From: Rhizomicrobium sp.
GTDB taxonomy: Bacteria; Pseudomonadota; Alphaproteobacteria; Micropepsales; Micropepsaceae
Assembly (NCBI GenBank): GCA_036272695.1
Contig: DATAYG010000079.1
Coordinates: forward strand, 11,214 to 75,213
DNA length: 64,000 nt
Reading direction: 5' to 3'
Below, piece after piece: positions 18,959-28,560 of this stretch. The notes beneath the pieces are model-generated. The model saw only the letters and a program-made list of their open reading frames with translations. It searched no databases and was not told the DNA's origin. The translations under genes and the position numbers were made by a program. How positions within the stretch are numbered: the stretch's first letter is position 1; every line of letters begins with the position of its first letter.

Positions 18959-19480
18959 TTACTGGTGGCCGATTTCATTCCACGATCCGGGAGTTTGCTT
19001 AAAATCGCTCGAACCGAGCACGCCATCGAGTGAATCGAGAGAATCGCTTTTCAGATAAAAATAGCCAGTAGCAGTCTCAAAATCTAGTTCTAAAGTGTGT
19101 GTTATGGTCGAGACATTGTATGTTATAGTAATTTTGGTTTTCTGCTGCGTTTTTACATTGAGATGACTAAACCAGGTATCAGTATCGAATATTATCGATG
19201 AAGATGTGGCAACTGGATACGGGTCTGTCGTCCAATAAACTTGGCACTTTGTCGGGCTATCATATGTCGGGCTGTCAAAGGTAAAAAAATACCAATGACT
19301 CTTGGTGACGTTGTATATTGCCACAGTCGATGTCGGCACCGCGAACCCGCCGCGGGAACTGCGCTCCAAAGCGTTATTTCCAGCGCCATCTGTCCCGCAT
19401 CCCGCAAGAGGAGCAACAGAAGCAATACCTAACGCCGACATGATCGAAGTCTTGAAAAGCTGCCGTCGTGTTTCCGACAT
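18959..19480 (-). CDS. Hypothetical Tat-exported lipoprotein
   Basis: TRRQLFK twin-arginine motif and LAGC lipobox; AT-richer than its neighbours; 23 bp upstream of the radical SAM gene. Confidence 0.65.
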   Translation of the reverse strand: MSETRRQLFKTSIMSALGIASVAPLAGCGTDGAGNNALERSSRGGFAVPTSTVAIYNVTKSHWYFFTFDSPTYDSPTKCQVYWTTDPYPVATSSSIIFDTDTWFSHLNVKTQQKTKITITYNVSTITHTLELDFETATGYFYLKSDSLDSLDGVLGSSDFKQTPGSWNEIGHQ

Positions 19481-19637
19481 GATTGCCCCGTCGCCCCGAA
19501 TAATACGCTTACCAGACTAGCCCAACATTGACACGCTGCCAATATAGTCTCGCCCCCCCTCGAACAATTGTACGCGGTCGAGTCGATTGTGACGAAAGGC
19601 TCATTTTCGCGTCCAAAGGCCTTGTGGCGCAAACCTC

Positions 19638-21497
19638 GTGGTCAAACTAGCATCAAGGCGTGAAGTCGGGGCTGGCGCGGTGCAAAGTCTCCTCAGGGGT
19701 ATTCAGCAGCGGAAGATCGACCGGGTCGCGGCAGCTTACGCCGTGGCGGCGTGGCTGGTGGTGCAGGGCGCCTCCATCGCGCTGCCCGCCTTCGGGGCGC
19801 CAGCCTGGGTCCTGAAGGTGCTGATCCTGGCCGCGATCGTGGGATTTCCGCTGACGCTCTGGATTGCCTGGCATCTGACGCCGGTGCCGCACCCCCGCCG
19901 GCACGGGCCGCCCCCGCCCGCGACCGCGGCCGACATGGCATTGCTCATTCTGCTGGCCGGCGTGATCCTGCTGTCGGCTGCGGAGATCGCCACCCAAAGC
20001 GGCATGTTGCCAGGCTGGCCGAACGCGGCGCCCGCTGTGCGTGCCGGCGCACCGGCGGCCGCAACCTCGCCGCCGAAAACGTCCATCGCCGTGCTGCCGT
20101 TCGCCAATATGAGCGGCGACCCATCGAAGGAGTATTTCAGCGACGGCATATCCGAGGAGCTGCTGAACCAGCTGGCGAATGCGCCCGATCTGCGGGTCGC
20201 GGCGCGCACCTCGTCGTTTGCCTTCAAGGGCAAGGAAGAGGACATCCGCAGCATTGCCCGCACGCTCGATGTGGCGTCGGTGCTCGAAGGCAGCGTGCGC
20301 GAGGACGGCCAGCACATCCGCATCACCGCGGAGCTCATCAACGCCGCCGACGGATTCCATATGTGGTCGAAGACCTATGACCGCGATCTCAGCAACATTC
20401 TCGAGGTCCAGGACGAGATCGCCCGCGCGATCACCGCGTCGCTGACGCATGGAGTTCTCGGCGTCGGACCGCGGGGCCCGGCACCGGCGCGCCCGCCGAT
20501 CGACCCCGAAGCCTATCGCCAATATCTCGAAGCCCAGTCGCTCTCCGCCCGCAAGACGCCGGAGGACGATGCGAAGGCTGTCGCGCTGTTCCAGCAGGTG
20601 ACGAAAGCCGAGCCGGACTTCGCGCCGGGCTACGCCGCGCTGGGCAGCACTTATGTCCATTTGGCCCAGTTTCAGAATCAGCGTCCCGACCTTATTGCCG
20701 CCGCGGACGCCGCACTGACCCAGGCGTTGAAACGCGATCCCCGCAATCTGCAGGCGCTCTCGTCACAGCTGCTCGTCGCGCTGATGCAATGGAAATGGCA
20801 GGGCGCGGCGGCCGATGCGCACAGGCTCGAAGCTCTCAATCCGCATAGCGTATTCACGCTGCGCGGATTGGACTCTTACTATGACAGTCTGGGTTTTCCG
20901 GAACAGCAGGCCGCAATGTTGCGCGAGGCGACGCGGCTCGACCCGCTGTCGTTCGTCGACCTCAACAATCTCGCCTCCGCTTACAACAACCGGGGGGATT
21001 ATGCGGAAGCCGAATCGGCGGCGAACGACGCGCTGGCGCTGCGTCCCGATCGCGTGCTGACCCTTTATACGCTGTGTTCGGCCTATGCCGGCATGAAGCG
21101 GGCGAGCCGCGCGCAAATCCTGATCGACCGGCTGGCTGCGCTCCGGGCGCGCGATGCCTCGCAAGGCTGCGCCGCGTTGAGCGCGGCCGCTTCCGGAGGT
21201 TTCGCGGAAGCCCGCACGCTGGCGCAGGAAATTGCGCAGCGGTTTCCCTCCTTCGTCTTCGACGAAACCGATGTCGGAAGCTTCTATCTCGCGGCCGGGG
21301 ACATGGCGGACGCCATGGCATGGTTCAACCGCGCCTATGACAGGCGCGACTACCATCTGTTCGCCATCGCCTATTTCGCGACCACATCGCCGGCGCTGCT
21401 GAAGACGCCGGGCTGGATCGCCCTCAAACGGAAGCCGGAAGCCAAAGCCTGGCAAGCCGCCCACGACCGGCTGGCAGCCGAACTGACGGGCGATTGA
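19638..21497 (+). CDS. TolB-like N-terminal-domain/TPR membrane signalling protein
   Basis: RVAAAYAVAAWLVVQ TM region, SIAVLPFANMSGDPSKEYFSDGISEELLNQLA domain, then TPRs. The true start may be GTG ~19680. Confidence 0.8.
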   Translation: MVKLASRREVGAGAVQSLLRGIQQRKIDRVAAAYAVAAWLVVQGASIALPAFGAPAWVLKVLILAAIVGFPLTLWIAWHLTPVPHPRRHGPPPPATAADMALLILLAGVILLSAAEIATQSGMLPGWPNAAPAVRAGAPAAATSPPKTSIAVLPFANMSGDPSKEYFSDGISEELLNQLANAPDLRVAARTSSFAFKGKEEDIRSIARTLDVASVLEGSVREDGQHIRITAELINAADGFHMWSKTYDRDLSNILEVQDEIARAITASLTHGVLGVGPRGPAPARPPIDPEAYRQYLEAQSLSARKTPEDDAKAVALFQQVTKAEPDFAPGYAALGSTYVHLAQFQNQRPDLIAAADAALTQALKRDPRNLQALSSQLLVALMQWKWQGAAADAHRLEALNPHSVFTLRGLDSYYDSLGFPEQQAAMLREATRLDPLSFVDLNNLASAYNNRGDYAEAESAANDALALRPDRVLTLYTLCSAYAGMKRASRAQILIDRLAALRARDASQGCAALSAAASGGFAEARTLAQEIAQRFPSFVFDETDVGSFYLAAGDMADAMAWFNRAYDRRDYHLFAIAYFATTSPALLKTPGWIALKRKPEAKAWQAAHDRLAAELTGD

Positions 21498-21508
21498 ATG
21501 GCGAAGAC

Positions 21509-21524
21509 TGTTTCACGTGAAACA
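21509..21524. promoter_or_regulatory. parS centromere-like site (perfect 16-bp palindrome)
   Basis: TGTTTCACGTGAAACA, an exact match to the canonical ParB/Spo0J parS consensus, in an intergenic region between convergent genes. Confidence 0.8.
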
Positions 21525-21708
21525 ATCGTTTGCGGTTTGGTTCGGCGATTCGTGTATTTGTTCCTGTTCCGCGGATGTGCAGCGCCTGTTGTCGCGCGTA
21601 ACAGATTTCATCGCAAGTGATTGACGGACAAGGCCGATCGCGCGTCCGGCGGCGCTTTGTTCCGCGAACCCGCGAAAACCCCCTGTATTCGCCTGATAAA
21701 ACAGGAAA

Positions 21709-22338
21709 TCAGCCGTCCTGCAACCCGCGCACGAATTGGGAAAGCCCGGTCTGGCGCGTGCGCTTCAGCCGCTCGGCGGCGAGGATGGCGGCGATGTCGG
21801 CGAGCGCGCGGGCAAGATCGTCGTTGACGATCACATAGTCATATTCGGCCCAGTGGCTGATCTCGTCATTGGCCTTGGCCATGCGCTTTGCCACGACGTC
21901 GTCGGAGTCCTGGGCGCGCGCCTTCAGCCGGCGCTCGAGTTCGGCATGAGAGGGCGGCAGCACGAAAATACTGACCAGATCCTCGCGCGCCTTCTCCTTC
22001 AGCTGCTGCGTGCCCTGCCAGTCGATGTCGAACAGCACGTCGCGGCCCTGCGCTATCGCCTGATCGACCGGCGCCTTCGGCGTGCCGTAACGATGGTCGA
22101 ACACCGTGGCGTGTTCGAGCAGTTCGCCGCCCTGCACCGCGGCATCGAACGTCGTACCATCGACAAATACGTAGTCCACGCCACGGCGCTCGCCCGCCCG
22201 CATCGGCCGCGTCGTCATGGAGACGGAAAGCGAGAGGCCGCGCTCGTTTTCGAGCAGCCGGCGCGACAGCGTGGTCTTGCCCGCGCCGGATGGCGACGAC
22301 AGCACCAGCATCAGCCCGCGGCGCGCAATCTGCGTCAT
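21709..22338 (-). CDS. gmk: Guanylate kinase
   Basis: LVLSSPSGAGKTT, SMTTRPMRAGE, YGTPK, LFDIDWQG, EYDYVIVNDDL. Start ATG 22338. Confidence 0.97.
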   Translation of the reverse strand: MTQIARRGLMLVLSSPSGAGKTTLSRRLLENERGLSLSVSMTTRPMRAGERRGVDYVFVDGTTFDAAVQGGELLEHATVFDHRYGTPKAPVDQAIAQGRDVLFDIDWQGTQQLKEKAREDLVSIFVLPPSHAELERRLKARAQDSDDVVAKRMAKANDEISHWAEYDYVIVNDDLARALADIAAILAAERLKRTRQTGLSQFVRGLQDG

Positions 22339-23222
22339 TCCACGTTTTGCGCCTGTTCGCGGAACTGATCGATGGCGGCCTTCAGCGCGAGCCCGATGCG
22401 CGTCAGTGCGATATCCGCGGACTTGGAGCATAGCGTGTTGGCTTCGCGGTTGAGCTCCTGCGACAGGAAATCGAGCTTGCGTCCCACCATTTCATTCGAC
22501 GCGATGAGCCGCTGCGCCTCCTGCATATGGGCATTGAGGCGGTCGAGCTCCTCGCGCACATCGGCGCGGGCGGCGAGCAGGGCGATTTCCTGCGCGATGC
22601 GTTCGTCGCCCGGCTCGGCTGTTTCGAGAAGCTCCGAGAGTTGCGCGCGCAATCGGTCGCGAATCGCCAGCGGCTGGGTTGCGGCAAGCCGGCGCGCGTC
22701 CTCGATCAGCCGGCCGATCTCATTGGCAGTGCGCGTCAAGACCTCGGCGAGCTTTGCGCCTTCCACAGCTCGGGCGCGCGCCAGCGCGTCGAAGACAAGC
22801 GACAAACTTTCGAGAATGGACGCATCGCGCGCGGCGCGGACCGGCGCGTCGAGCGCGAGTGTCTCCTCCTGCACCACCACGCCCTTGAGCGCGAGGATGC
22901 CGTCGACCCGGGCGGGAGCGAGCCCCGTCTTCGCGGCAATCTCGGTCGCAAGTCTGACCGCTTCCGCGAGCGCGACGGGATCGATCCGCAGGCCGCGCGC
23001 GCCGTCCTGCGATTCCATCGTCAGCGCCGCCTGGATATTGCCGCGGCGGAAGCGTTCGCCGGCCAGCACGCGGGCGGCGGCGTCCATGCCTTCGAGGCCC
23101 GGCGGAATCCGCAGCCTGATATCGAGGCTGCGGCCGTTTACGCTGCGCACTTCCCAGCGCCAGCGCAGCGTATCGAATGCGCCCTGCGCATCGGCGAAGC
23201 CCGTCATGCTGACAAGCGCCAT
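22335..23222 (-). CDS. yicC: YicC/YloC family endoribonuclease
   Basis: SMTGFA, WEVRSVNGRSLDI, DVREELDRL, GRKLDFLSQELNREANTLCSKS, EQAQNVE. Confidence 0.93.
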   Translation of the reverse strand: MALVSMTGFADAQGAFDTLRWRWEVRSVNGRSLDIRLRIPPGLEGMDAAARVLAGERFRRGNIQAALTMESQDGARGLRIDPVALAEAVRLATEIAAKTGLAPARVDGILALKGVVVQEETLALDAPVRAARDASILESLSLVFDALARARAVEGAKLAEVLTRTANEIGRLIEDARRLAATQPLAIRDRLRAQLSELLETAEPGDERIAQEIALLAARADVREELDRLNAHMQEAQRLIASNEMVGRKLDFLSQELNREANTLCSKSADIALTRIGLALKAAIDQFREQAQNVE

Positions 23223-23301
23223 CGCGTCCTCCCGAAGAGCTGCCGAGAATAGTCCGCCCCGCTCGCCAGGCAAGCGGCCTTGTTACTGGGCAAAACATTT
23301 T

Positions 23302-23420
23302 GCGGAGCCGAATGATTGAACCGCAGAGACGCAAAGGCGCAAAGGGTGTAATGCGCGCATTCGCGCGCAATTTTTTCTCAGCGTCTTTGCGTCTCTGCGG
23401 TTCGTTCTCGGCGGCTCCGC
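23302..23420. repeat. Long palindromic element with 9-bp-periodic arms, copy A
   Basis: GAACCGCAGAGACGCAAAG (23318-23336) and its perfect reverse complement (23385-23403); outer GCGGAGCCG/CGGCTCCGC pair; central GCGCGCATTCGCGCGC. Confidence 0.75.
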
Positions 23421-23439
23421 GGGCAAATTTGTTCGGCGA

Positions 23440-24429
23440 CTATGGCTTGAGGCGCAGGGCGGTGTTTTCGATCCGGCGCCAGCGGGCGACGTTGCGGTCC
23501 TGTTCGGCCTTGGTGGCGGCGAATACATGGCCGCCCGTTCCATCCGCCACGAAATACAAATCGCCGGAATGGGCGGGGTTCAACACTGCGGAAATCGAGT
23601 CCTTGCCGGGATTGCAGATCGGCGTCGGCGGCAGGCCCGCAATCATGTAAGTATTATACGGCGTGACCGAGGCAAGTTCGCTTGCCCGGATGCCGTGACC
23701 GAGGGGATAGCCCCTGCTCAACCCGTAAATCACGGTGGGATCGGATTCGAGCTTCATGCCGAGCCGCAGGCGGTTGATGAACACCGCCGCGACGTGCCGC
23801 CGTTCCGCGGGTATTGCCGTTTCCTTCTCCACAATGGACGCGAGCGTGATCGCCTCGCCGGGCGAGCGAAACGGCAGTGACCGGTCGCGCGACTGCCAGG
23901 CATGCGCGAGAAATCGCGCCTGAGCCGCCTGCATCCTTGCAAGGATGGCGCGGCGCTGTGTGCCCCTGACGAAAAGATAGGTTTCCGGCAGCAGCGAGCC
24001 TTCTTGCGGCGCCGGCTGGGGAGAGCCCGCCAGCTCACGGTCGGAATTGACGAGGCCCGTGATCATCTGGCTCGTCAGCCCCTCGGCCGCGGTGATCTTG
24101 TGCTCGACGACCCGTGCGGAGACCAGACGGTCGGCAATGTCCTGCATGCTGCTTGCGGACGGGATGGCGTATTCGCCGGCCTTCAGCAGCGCGCCCTCGC
24201 CGCGCAACCGCACACCCAGTGCAAATAGAGCCGCGTTGCGGACGGTACCGGCGTCTTCGAGTTGATGGGCGATTTTCCAAAGACCCTGGCGCTGCGGAAT
24301 ATCGATGACTGTCTCGTGTGCGCCGTTGCGTGCGGGGGGACCGGGCGCCGCATAATCCATCTGCTCCCAGATCCACGCGCCGGCAACGAGTGCCGCAAGA
24401 AGTAACAGGATGGCGAGGATGCGCGCCAT
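23440..24429 (-). CDS. mltG: Endolytic transglycosylase MltG
   Basis: LKAGEY, EGSLLPETY, LASIVEKET, VFINRL...LESDPTVIYG, PYNTY...GLPPTPICNPG, LYFVADGTGGHVF. Confidence 0.95.
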   Translation of the reverse strand: MARILAILLLLAALVAGAWIWEQMDYAAPGPPARNGAHETVIDIPQRQGLWKIAHQLEDAGTVRNAALFALGVRLRGEGALLKAGEYAIPSASSMQDIADRLVSARVVEHKITAAEGLTSQMITGLVNSDRELAGSPQPAPQEGSLLPETYLFVRGTQRRAILARMQAAQARFLAHAWQSRDRSLPFRSPGEAITLASIVEKETAIPAERRHVAAVFINRLRLGMKLESDPTVIYGLSRGYPLGHGIRASELASVTPYNTYMIAGLPPTPICNPGKDSISAVLNPAHSGDLYFVADGTGGHVFAATKAEQDRNVARWRRIENTALRLKP

Positions 24430-24487
24430 GGGAACACTTATTCTCCCGCCCGATGTTTCATTTGCACCGGCGCCGGCCGGCACGATT

Positions 24488-25750
24488 TCACTGAACCGCC
24501 GAGATCACCAGCGAGGCATTGGTGCCGCCGAAGCCGAAGGAATTCGACATCACGGCGGTGACCTTTCGTGGTTTCGCCTTGTGCGGCACGAGATCGATCG
24601 GCGTCGCCACGGCGGGATTATCGAGATTGATTGTCGGCGGGACGATCTGGTCACGAATGGCCAGCGTCGAGAAGATCGCCTCCACCGCGCCCGCTGCGCC
24701 GAGCAGATGTCCGATCGAGGATTTGGTCGACGACATCGCGACGTTTGCCGCCGCGTCGCCGAACAGCCGCTCCACCGCGCGCAGCTCGATCTCATCGCCG
24801 AGCGGCGTGGAGGTGCCATGCGCATTGATATAATCGATGTCGGCCGGTGACATCTCGGCGCGCGCCAGCGCCATCTTCATGGCCCGGAAACCGCCATCGC
24901 CATTCTCTTCCGGCGCGGTGATGTGATGCGCGTCGCCGGACATGCCATAGCCGCGCACCTCCGCGTAGATGTGCGCACCGCGCGCCTTGGCATGCTCCAA
25001 TTCCTCAAGCATGACGCAGCCCGCGCCCTCCCCCATGACGAAGCCGTCGCGGTCTCTGTCATAGGGCCGCGAAGCCTTCTCGGGGCAATCGTTGAAGCCG
25101 GTGGAGAGCGCGCGACAGGCCGCGAACCCGGCCATGCCGAGGCGTGAGATCGCTCCTTCCGCGCCGCCGGCCAGCATGCGGTCCGCATCCCCGAGCGCAA
25201 TCATGCGCGCGGCGTCGCCGATCGCGTGGGCGCCCGTGGCGCAAGCCGTTACGACCGCATGGTTCGGTCCCTTGTAGCCGAAGCGGATCGACGCGTAGCC
25301 TGAGGCAAGATTGATCAGGCGGCCCGGAATGAAGAACGGGCTGATGCGGCGCGGCCCTCTCTCGTGCAGGAGGATCGCGGCATCCTCGATACCCGGTAGT
25401 CCACCGATTCCGGAGCCGATCAGGACGCCGGTGCGATAGCGCTCCTCGTCGTCCTTCGGCACGAAGCCGGAATCGTCCACGGCCTGCTGGGCCGCGGCGA
25501 GCGCGAAGACGATGAAATCATCGACGCGCCGCTGCTCTCTGGGATCGACCCAGGCGTCCGCGTTGAATGTCCCGTCCGCGCCGTCTCCGCGTGGCACAGT
25601 GCACGCAATTCGCGCCGGCAGATCATCGGCCTTGAAGCGGGTGATGGGACGCGCGCCGGACTGGCCGGCCAGGAGTCGCGACCAGGATTCCGCGACTCCA
25701 CAGGCCAGCGGCGTGACCAGCCCCAGCCCTGTTACGACGACTCTTCGCAT
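24488..25750 (-). CDS. fabF: 3-oxoacyl-ACP synthase II
   Basis: MRRVVVTGLG, TACATGAH, YINAHGTST, SNSFGFGGTN. Confidence 0.97.
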   Translation of the reverse strand: MRRVVVTGLGLVTPLACGVAESWSRLLAGQSGARPITRFKADDLPARIACTVPRGDGADGTFNADAWVDPREQRRVDDFIVFALAAAQQAVDDSGFVPKDDEERYRTGVLIGSGIGGLPGIEDAAILLHERGPRRISPFFIPGRLINLASGYASIRFGYKGPNHAVVTACATGAHAIGDAARMIALGDADRMLAGGAEGAISRLGMAGFAACRALSTGFNDCPEKASRPYDRDRDGFVMGEGAGCVMLEELEHAKARGAHIYAEVRGYGMSGDAHHITAPEENGDGGFRAMKMALARAEMSPADIDYINAHGTSTPLGDEIELRAVERLFGDAAANVAMSSTKSSIGHLLGAAGAVEAIFSTLAIRDQIVPPTINLDNPAVATPIDLVPHKAKPRKVTAVMSNSFGFGGTNASLVISAVQ

Positions 25751-25774
25751 TCCCGAGGCGGCCGCCCCCAACAC

Positions 25775-26011
25775 TCAGCCCTGCGACTTCTCGATATATT
25801 TGACGGCATCGCCGACCGTGACGATCGACTCCGCTGCGTCGTCGGGAATCTCGATGCCGAATTCTTCTTCGAAGGCCATGACGAGCTCGACCGTGTCGAG
25901 GCTGTCCGCCCCCAGGTCCTCGATAAAAGACGCGTTATCCGTAACCTTGTCGGCATCGACGTTGAGGTGCTCGACAACGATCTTCTTCACGCGCTCGGCA
26001 GTATCGCTCAT
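25775..26011 (-). CDS. acpP: Acyl carrier protein
   Basis: [12 protein letters not shown]...[19 protein letters not shown]. Confidence 0.97.
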   Translation of the reverse strand: MSDTAERVKKIVVEHLNVDADKVTDNASFIEDLGADSLDTVELVMAFEEEFGIEIPDDAAESIVTVGDAVKYIEKSQG

Positions 26012-26173
26012 TTTCCCTTTTGAAACCTCTTGTTGGAGTTCTTCGCCGTACCTGTTGATCGTCTCCGGCTGCAGCCGGCCCGAAGCGCAAATCCCCTTTT
26101 TCAGGCCGGGACCGGCGTTTCGTAACACAAAGCGGAAAGCCCCGCTACAGCGCCCTATCCCCTGGACCGGGCA

Positions 26174-26911
26174 CTAAATCATCGCCATGCCGCCATTCAC
26201 GTGCAACGTCTGGCCGGTGACATAGGCGCCGGCCTCGCTCGCCAGATAAACCACCGCCGCGGCCACGTCGGCTGCACTACCCATGCGGCCCGCCGGAATC
26301 CGACCGAGAATCGTTTCCTTCTGGGCATCATTCAGCACGTCCGTCATGGCCGTTGCAATGAAGCCGGGCGCCACGCAGTTCACAGTGATATTGCGGCTGG
26401 CGACCTCCGCCGCAAGGGACTTCGTCATTCCGGCAAGGCCAGCCTTCGCGGCCGCGTAATTGCCCTGCCCCGGATTGCCCGTCACCCCGACAACGGAGGT
26501 GATGTTGACGATGCGTCCCCAGCGGTTTTTCATCATGCCGCGCAGCACTGCCCGGGAGAGCCGGAAGGCTGCCGTCAGATCGACCGCAATCACCTCGTCC
26601 CACTCCGCGTCTTTCATCCGCAGAAACAGGTTGTCGCGTGTGATGCCGGCATTATTGACGAGAATATCGATCTTCCCGGCTTCGGCCTCCGCGCTCCGCG
26701 GCAAAGCTTCCACCGACGTGGCGTCATGCAGGTCGCAGATGAGGGTATGCACGCGAGCGCCGAGTTCCTGCCTGAGCGCATCGAGCGCTTCGGCACGCGT
26801 GCCGGACAGTACGACTGCCGCACCCTGTGTGTGAAGCGCGCGCGCGATTTCGCCGCCGATTCCGCCGCTCGCGCCCGTCACAAGAGCGGTTCTGCCAGTC
26901 AGATCGAACAT
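26174..26911 (-). CDS. fabG: 3-oxoacyl-ACP reductase
   Basis: TGASGGIG, NNAGITRD, GQGNYAAAK, VAPGFI, HVNGGM. Confidence 0.96.
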   Translation of the reverse strand: MFDLTGRTALVTGASGGIGGEIARALHTQGAAVVLSGTRAEALDALRQELGARVHTLICDLHDATSVEALPRSAEAEAGKIDILVNNAGITRDNLFLRMKDAEWDEVIAVDLTAAFRLSRAVLRGMMKNRWGRIVNITSVVGVTGNPGQGNYAAAKAGLAGMTKSLAAEVASRNITVNCVAPGFIATAMTDVLNDAQKETILGRIPAGRMGSAADVAAAVVYLASEAGAYVTGQTLHVNGGMAMI

Positions 26912-26916
26912 TGCAC

Positions 26917-27861
26917 TCACAGGGCTTTCGCAAACGCTTCGATATCGGCCGGCGTGTCGAGTGGAACCAGCACGAGTTCCGGATCGATGCGCTTCACCAT
27001 GCCGGTCAGCACCTTGCCGCCGCCGGCCTCGACGGTCGTCTCCACACCCAGGCCACGGAACGAAAGGACGCTTTCCCGCCAGCGCACGCGCGATGTCACC
27101 TGTTCCACCAGCAGCCGGCGGATCGTATCCGGCTCGTTCGTCTCCGCCGCCGTGACGTTGGAAACGATCGGGATGGCCGGCGGGCTGATCGTCACTTCTG
27201 CGAGCGCGTCGCGCATTTTCTGCGCGGCGGGCTCCATAAGCGGTGAATGAAACGGCGCGCTGACGGCCAGCGGCATCACCCGCCGGGCACCATGTTCCTT
27301 TGCGAATTGTCCCGCGCGATCCACGGCGTCTCTGGTACCGGAAATCACAACCTGCCCCGGCGCGTTGTCATTCGCCACGACGCAGATGCCATCTTGCGCG
27401 GCCGCCTCGATGGCCGCGGCTTCCGCATCCGCCACTTCGATGCCGATGAGTGCGCTCATCGCGCCTTCGCCCGCCGGAACCGCCTCCTGCATCGCCAATC
27501 CGCGCGTCCGCAGAAGCCGGGCCGTTTCAGCAAGCGTGAAGGAACCTGCCGCGCAAAGCGCGCTGTACTCGCCCAGCGAGTGGCCGGCGACGAGGCGCGC
27601 ATGCCGCGCAAGATCGAGGCCCGCACCGCGCATCAGAACGCGTATCACCGCGAGGCTTACCGCCATGATTGCGGGTTGCGCGTTTTTCGTAAGCGTCAAT
27701 TCCGCGTCCGGGCCTTCCCACATCAGTCTGGAAAGTTTTTGATTCAACGCCTCGTCGATTTCCTCGAACACTTCGCGCGCCGCCGCAAAACTTTCCGCGA
27801 GTGCGCGTCCCATGCCGATCGTCTGGCTGCCCTGTCCGGGAAAAAGGAACGCGCGGGTCAT
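26917..27861 (-). CDS. fabD: Malonyl-CoA:ACP transacylase
   Basis: FLFPGQGSQ, AQPAI, GHSLGEYS, VSAPFHS. Confidence 0.96.
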   Translation of the reverse strand: MTRAFLFPGQGSQTIGMGRALAESFAAAREVFEEIDEALNQKLSRLMWEGPDAELTLTKNAQPAIMAVSLAVIRVLMRGAGLDLARHARLVAGHSLGEYSALCAAGSFTLAETARLLRTRGLAMQEAVPAGEGAMSALIGIEVADAEAAAIEAAAQDGICVVANDNAPGQVVISGTRDAVDRAGQFAKEHGARRVMPLAVSAPFHSPLMEPAAQKMRDALAEVTISPPAIPIVSNVTAAETNEPDTIRRLLVEQVTSRVRWRESVLSFRGLGVETTVEAGGGKVLTGMVKRIDPELVLVPLDTPADIEAFAKAL

Positions 27862-27999
27862 GTATCGAATGTTCAAATTCGCCGCCGGTCAAACCAGTGC
27901 GCAGGCCCGGCGTCAAGGCCGTCGCGGGATTTGCTGACATTGCGTCAGCCCGGGTGGTTTTCTGTTGATTCGCGGCAACGGCAGGCGGATAAGTGTTTT

Positions 28000-28124
28000 C
28001 ACCCCCGCCCTTTCGGGGCGCTGGGCTCAATGACTGGCCCGCTCGTCGGGCCGGTTGGTCTGGAGGCTAAGTCCCGGACCGTGACATCGAGGGCGCTGCT
28101 TCGGCAGCGCCCTTCGTCGTTTCT
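28000..28124 (+). ncRNA. Candidate structured small RNA (unassigned)
   Basis: Upstream TTGATT-17bp-GATAAG(T); four consecutive hairpins, the last AGGGCGCTGC-TTCG-GCAGCGCCCT (28090-28113). No family assignment possible without Rfam. Confidence 0.35.
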
Positions 28125-28560
28125 ACGGATTGTTGACGGTGATCACGGCACGACGTCCTTCCACCGAGTCGGAAACATAGCCGACGGAACCCACGAATCT
28201 TACATCGATCAGATTGCGATCGACGCCGTTACCTATCAGCGCCTCGGCGACCGTGTTCGCGCGGGCTGCGGACAAGTTTTTGTCCTGTTCGATCGTTCCC
28301 CGCGGGTCCGTGTAACCGATGACGGTCACGCGCACATGTCCGTCCCTCACGATCCGATGCGCGGCGGCGGTCACGACAGTCTTGCCGCCCGCTTCCAGAC
28401 GCGACGACCACGGCGTGAAGAACACGACATAACGCGCTTTCGCGTCCGGCAGCGGCGTCATTGTGCCTGTATGATTCGCCGTCTGTTGCGGCGTCTGGCA
28501 GCCCAGGAGAACCATCCCCGCCACCGCCACCAGAAAAATCCTGCTCGCCATCCGGGTCAT
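28123..28560 (-). CDS. OmpA-family lipoprotein
   Basis: LLGC lipobox; VTVIGYTD...NLSAARANTVAEAL...EGRRAVI OmpA C-domain. Confidence 0.85.
   Translation of the reverse strand: MTRMASRIFLVAVAGMVLLGCQTPQQTANHTGTMTPLPDAKARYVVFFTPWSSRLEAGGKTVVTAAAHRIVRDGHVRVTVIGYTDPRGTIEQDKNLSAARANTVAEALIGNGVDRNLIDVRFVGSVGYVSDSVEGRRAVITVNNP

Noticed and set aside
28030-28085. GACTGGCCCG (SAM-I-like) and GAGGCTAAGTCC (RNase P GAGGAAAGTCC-like) words
   Set aside because: The rest of each consensus is absent and the region is too short for RNase P RNA; kept only as an unassigned sRNA candidate.
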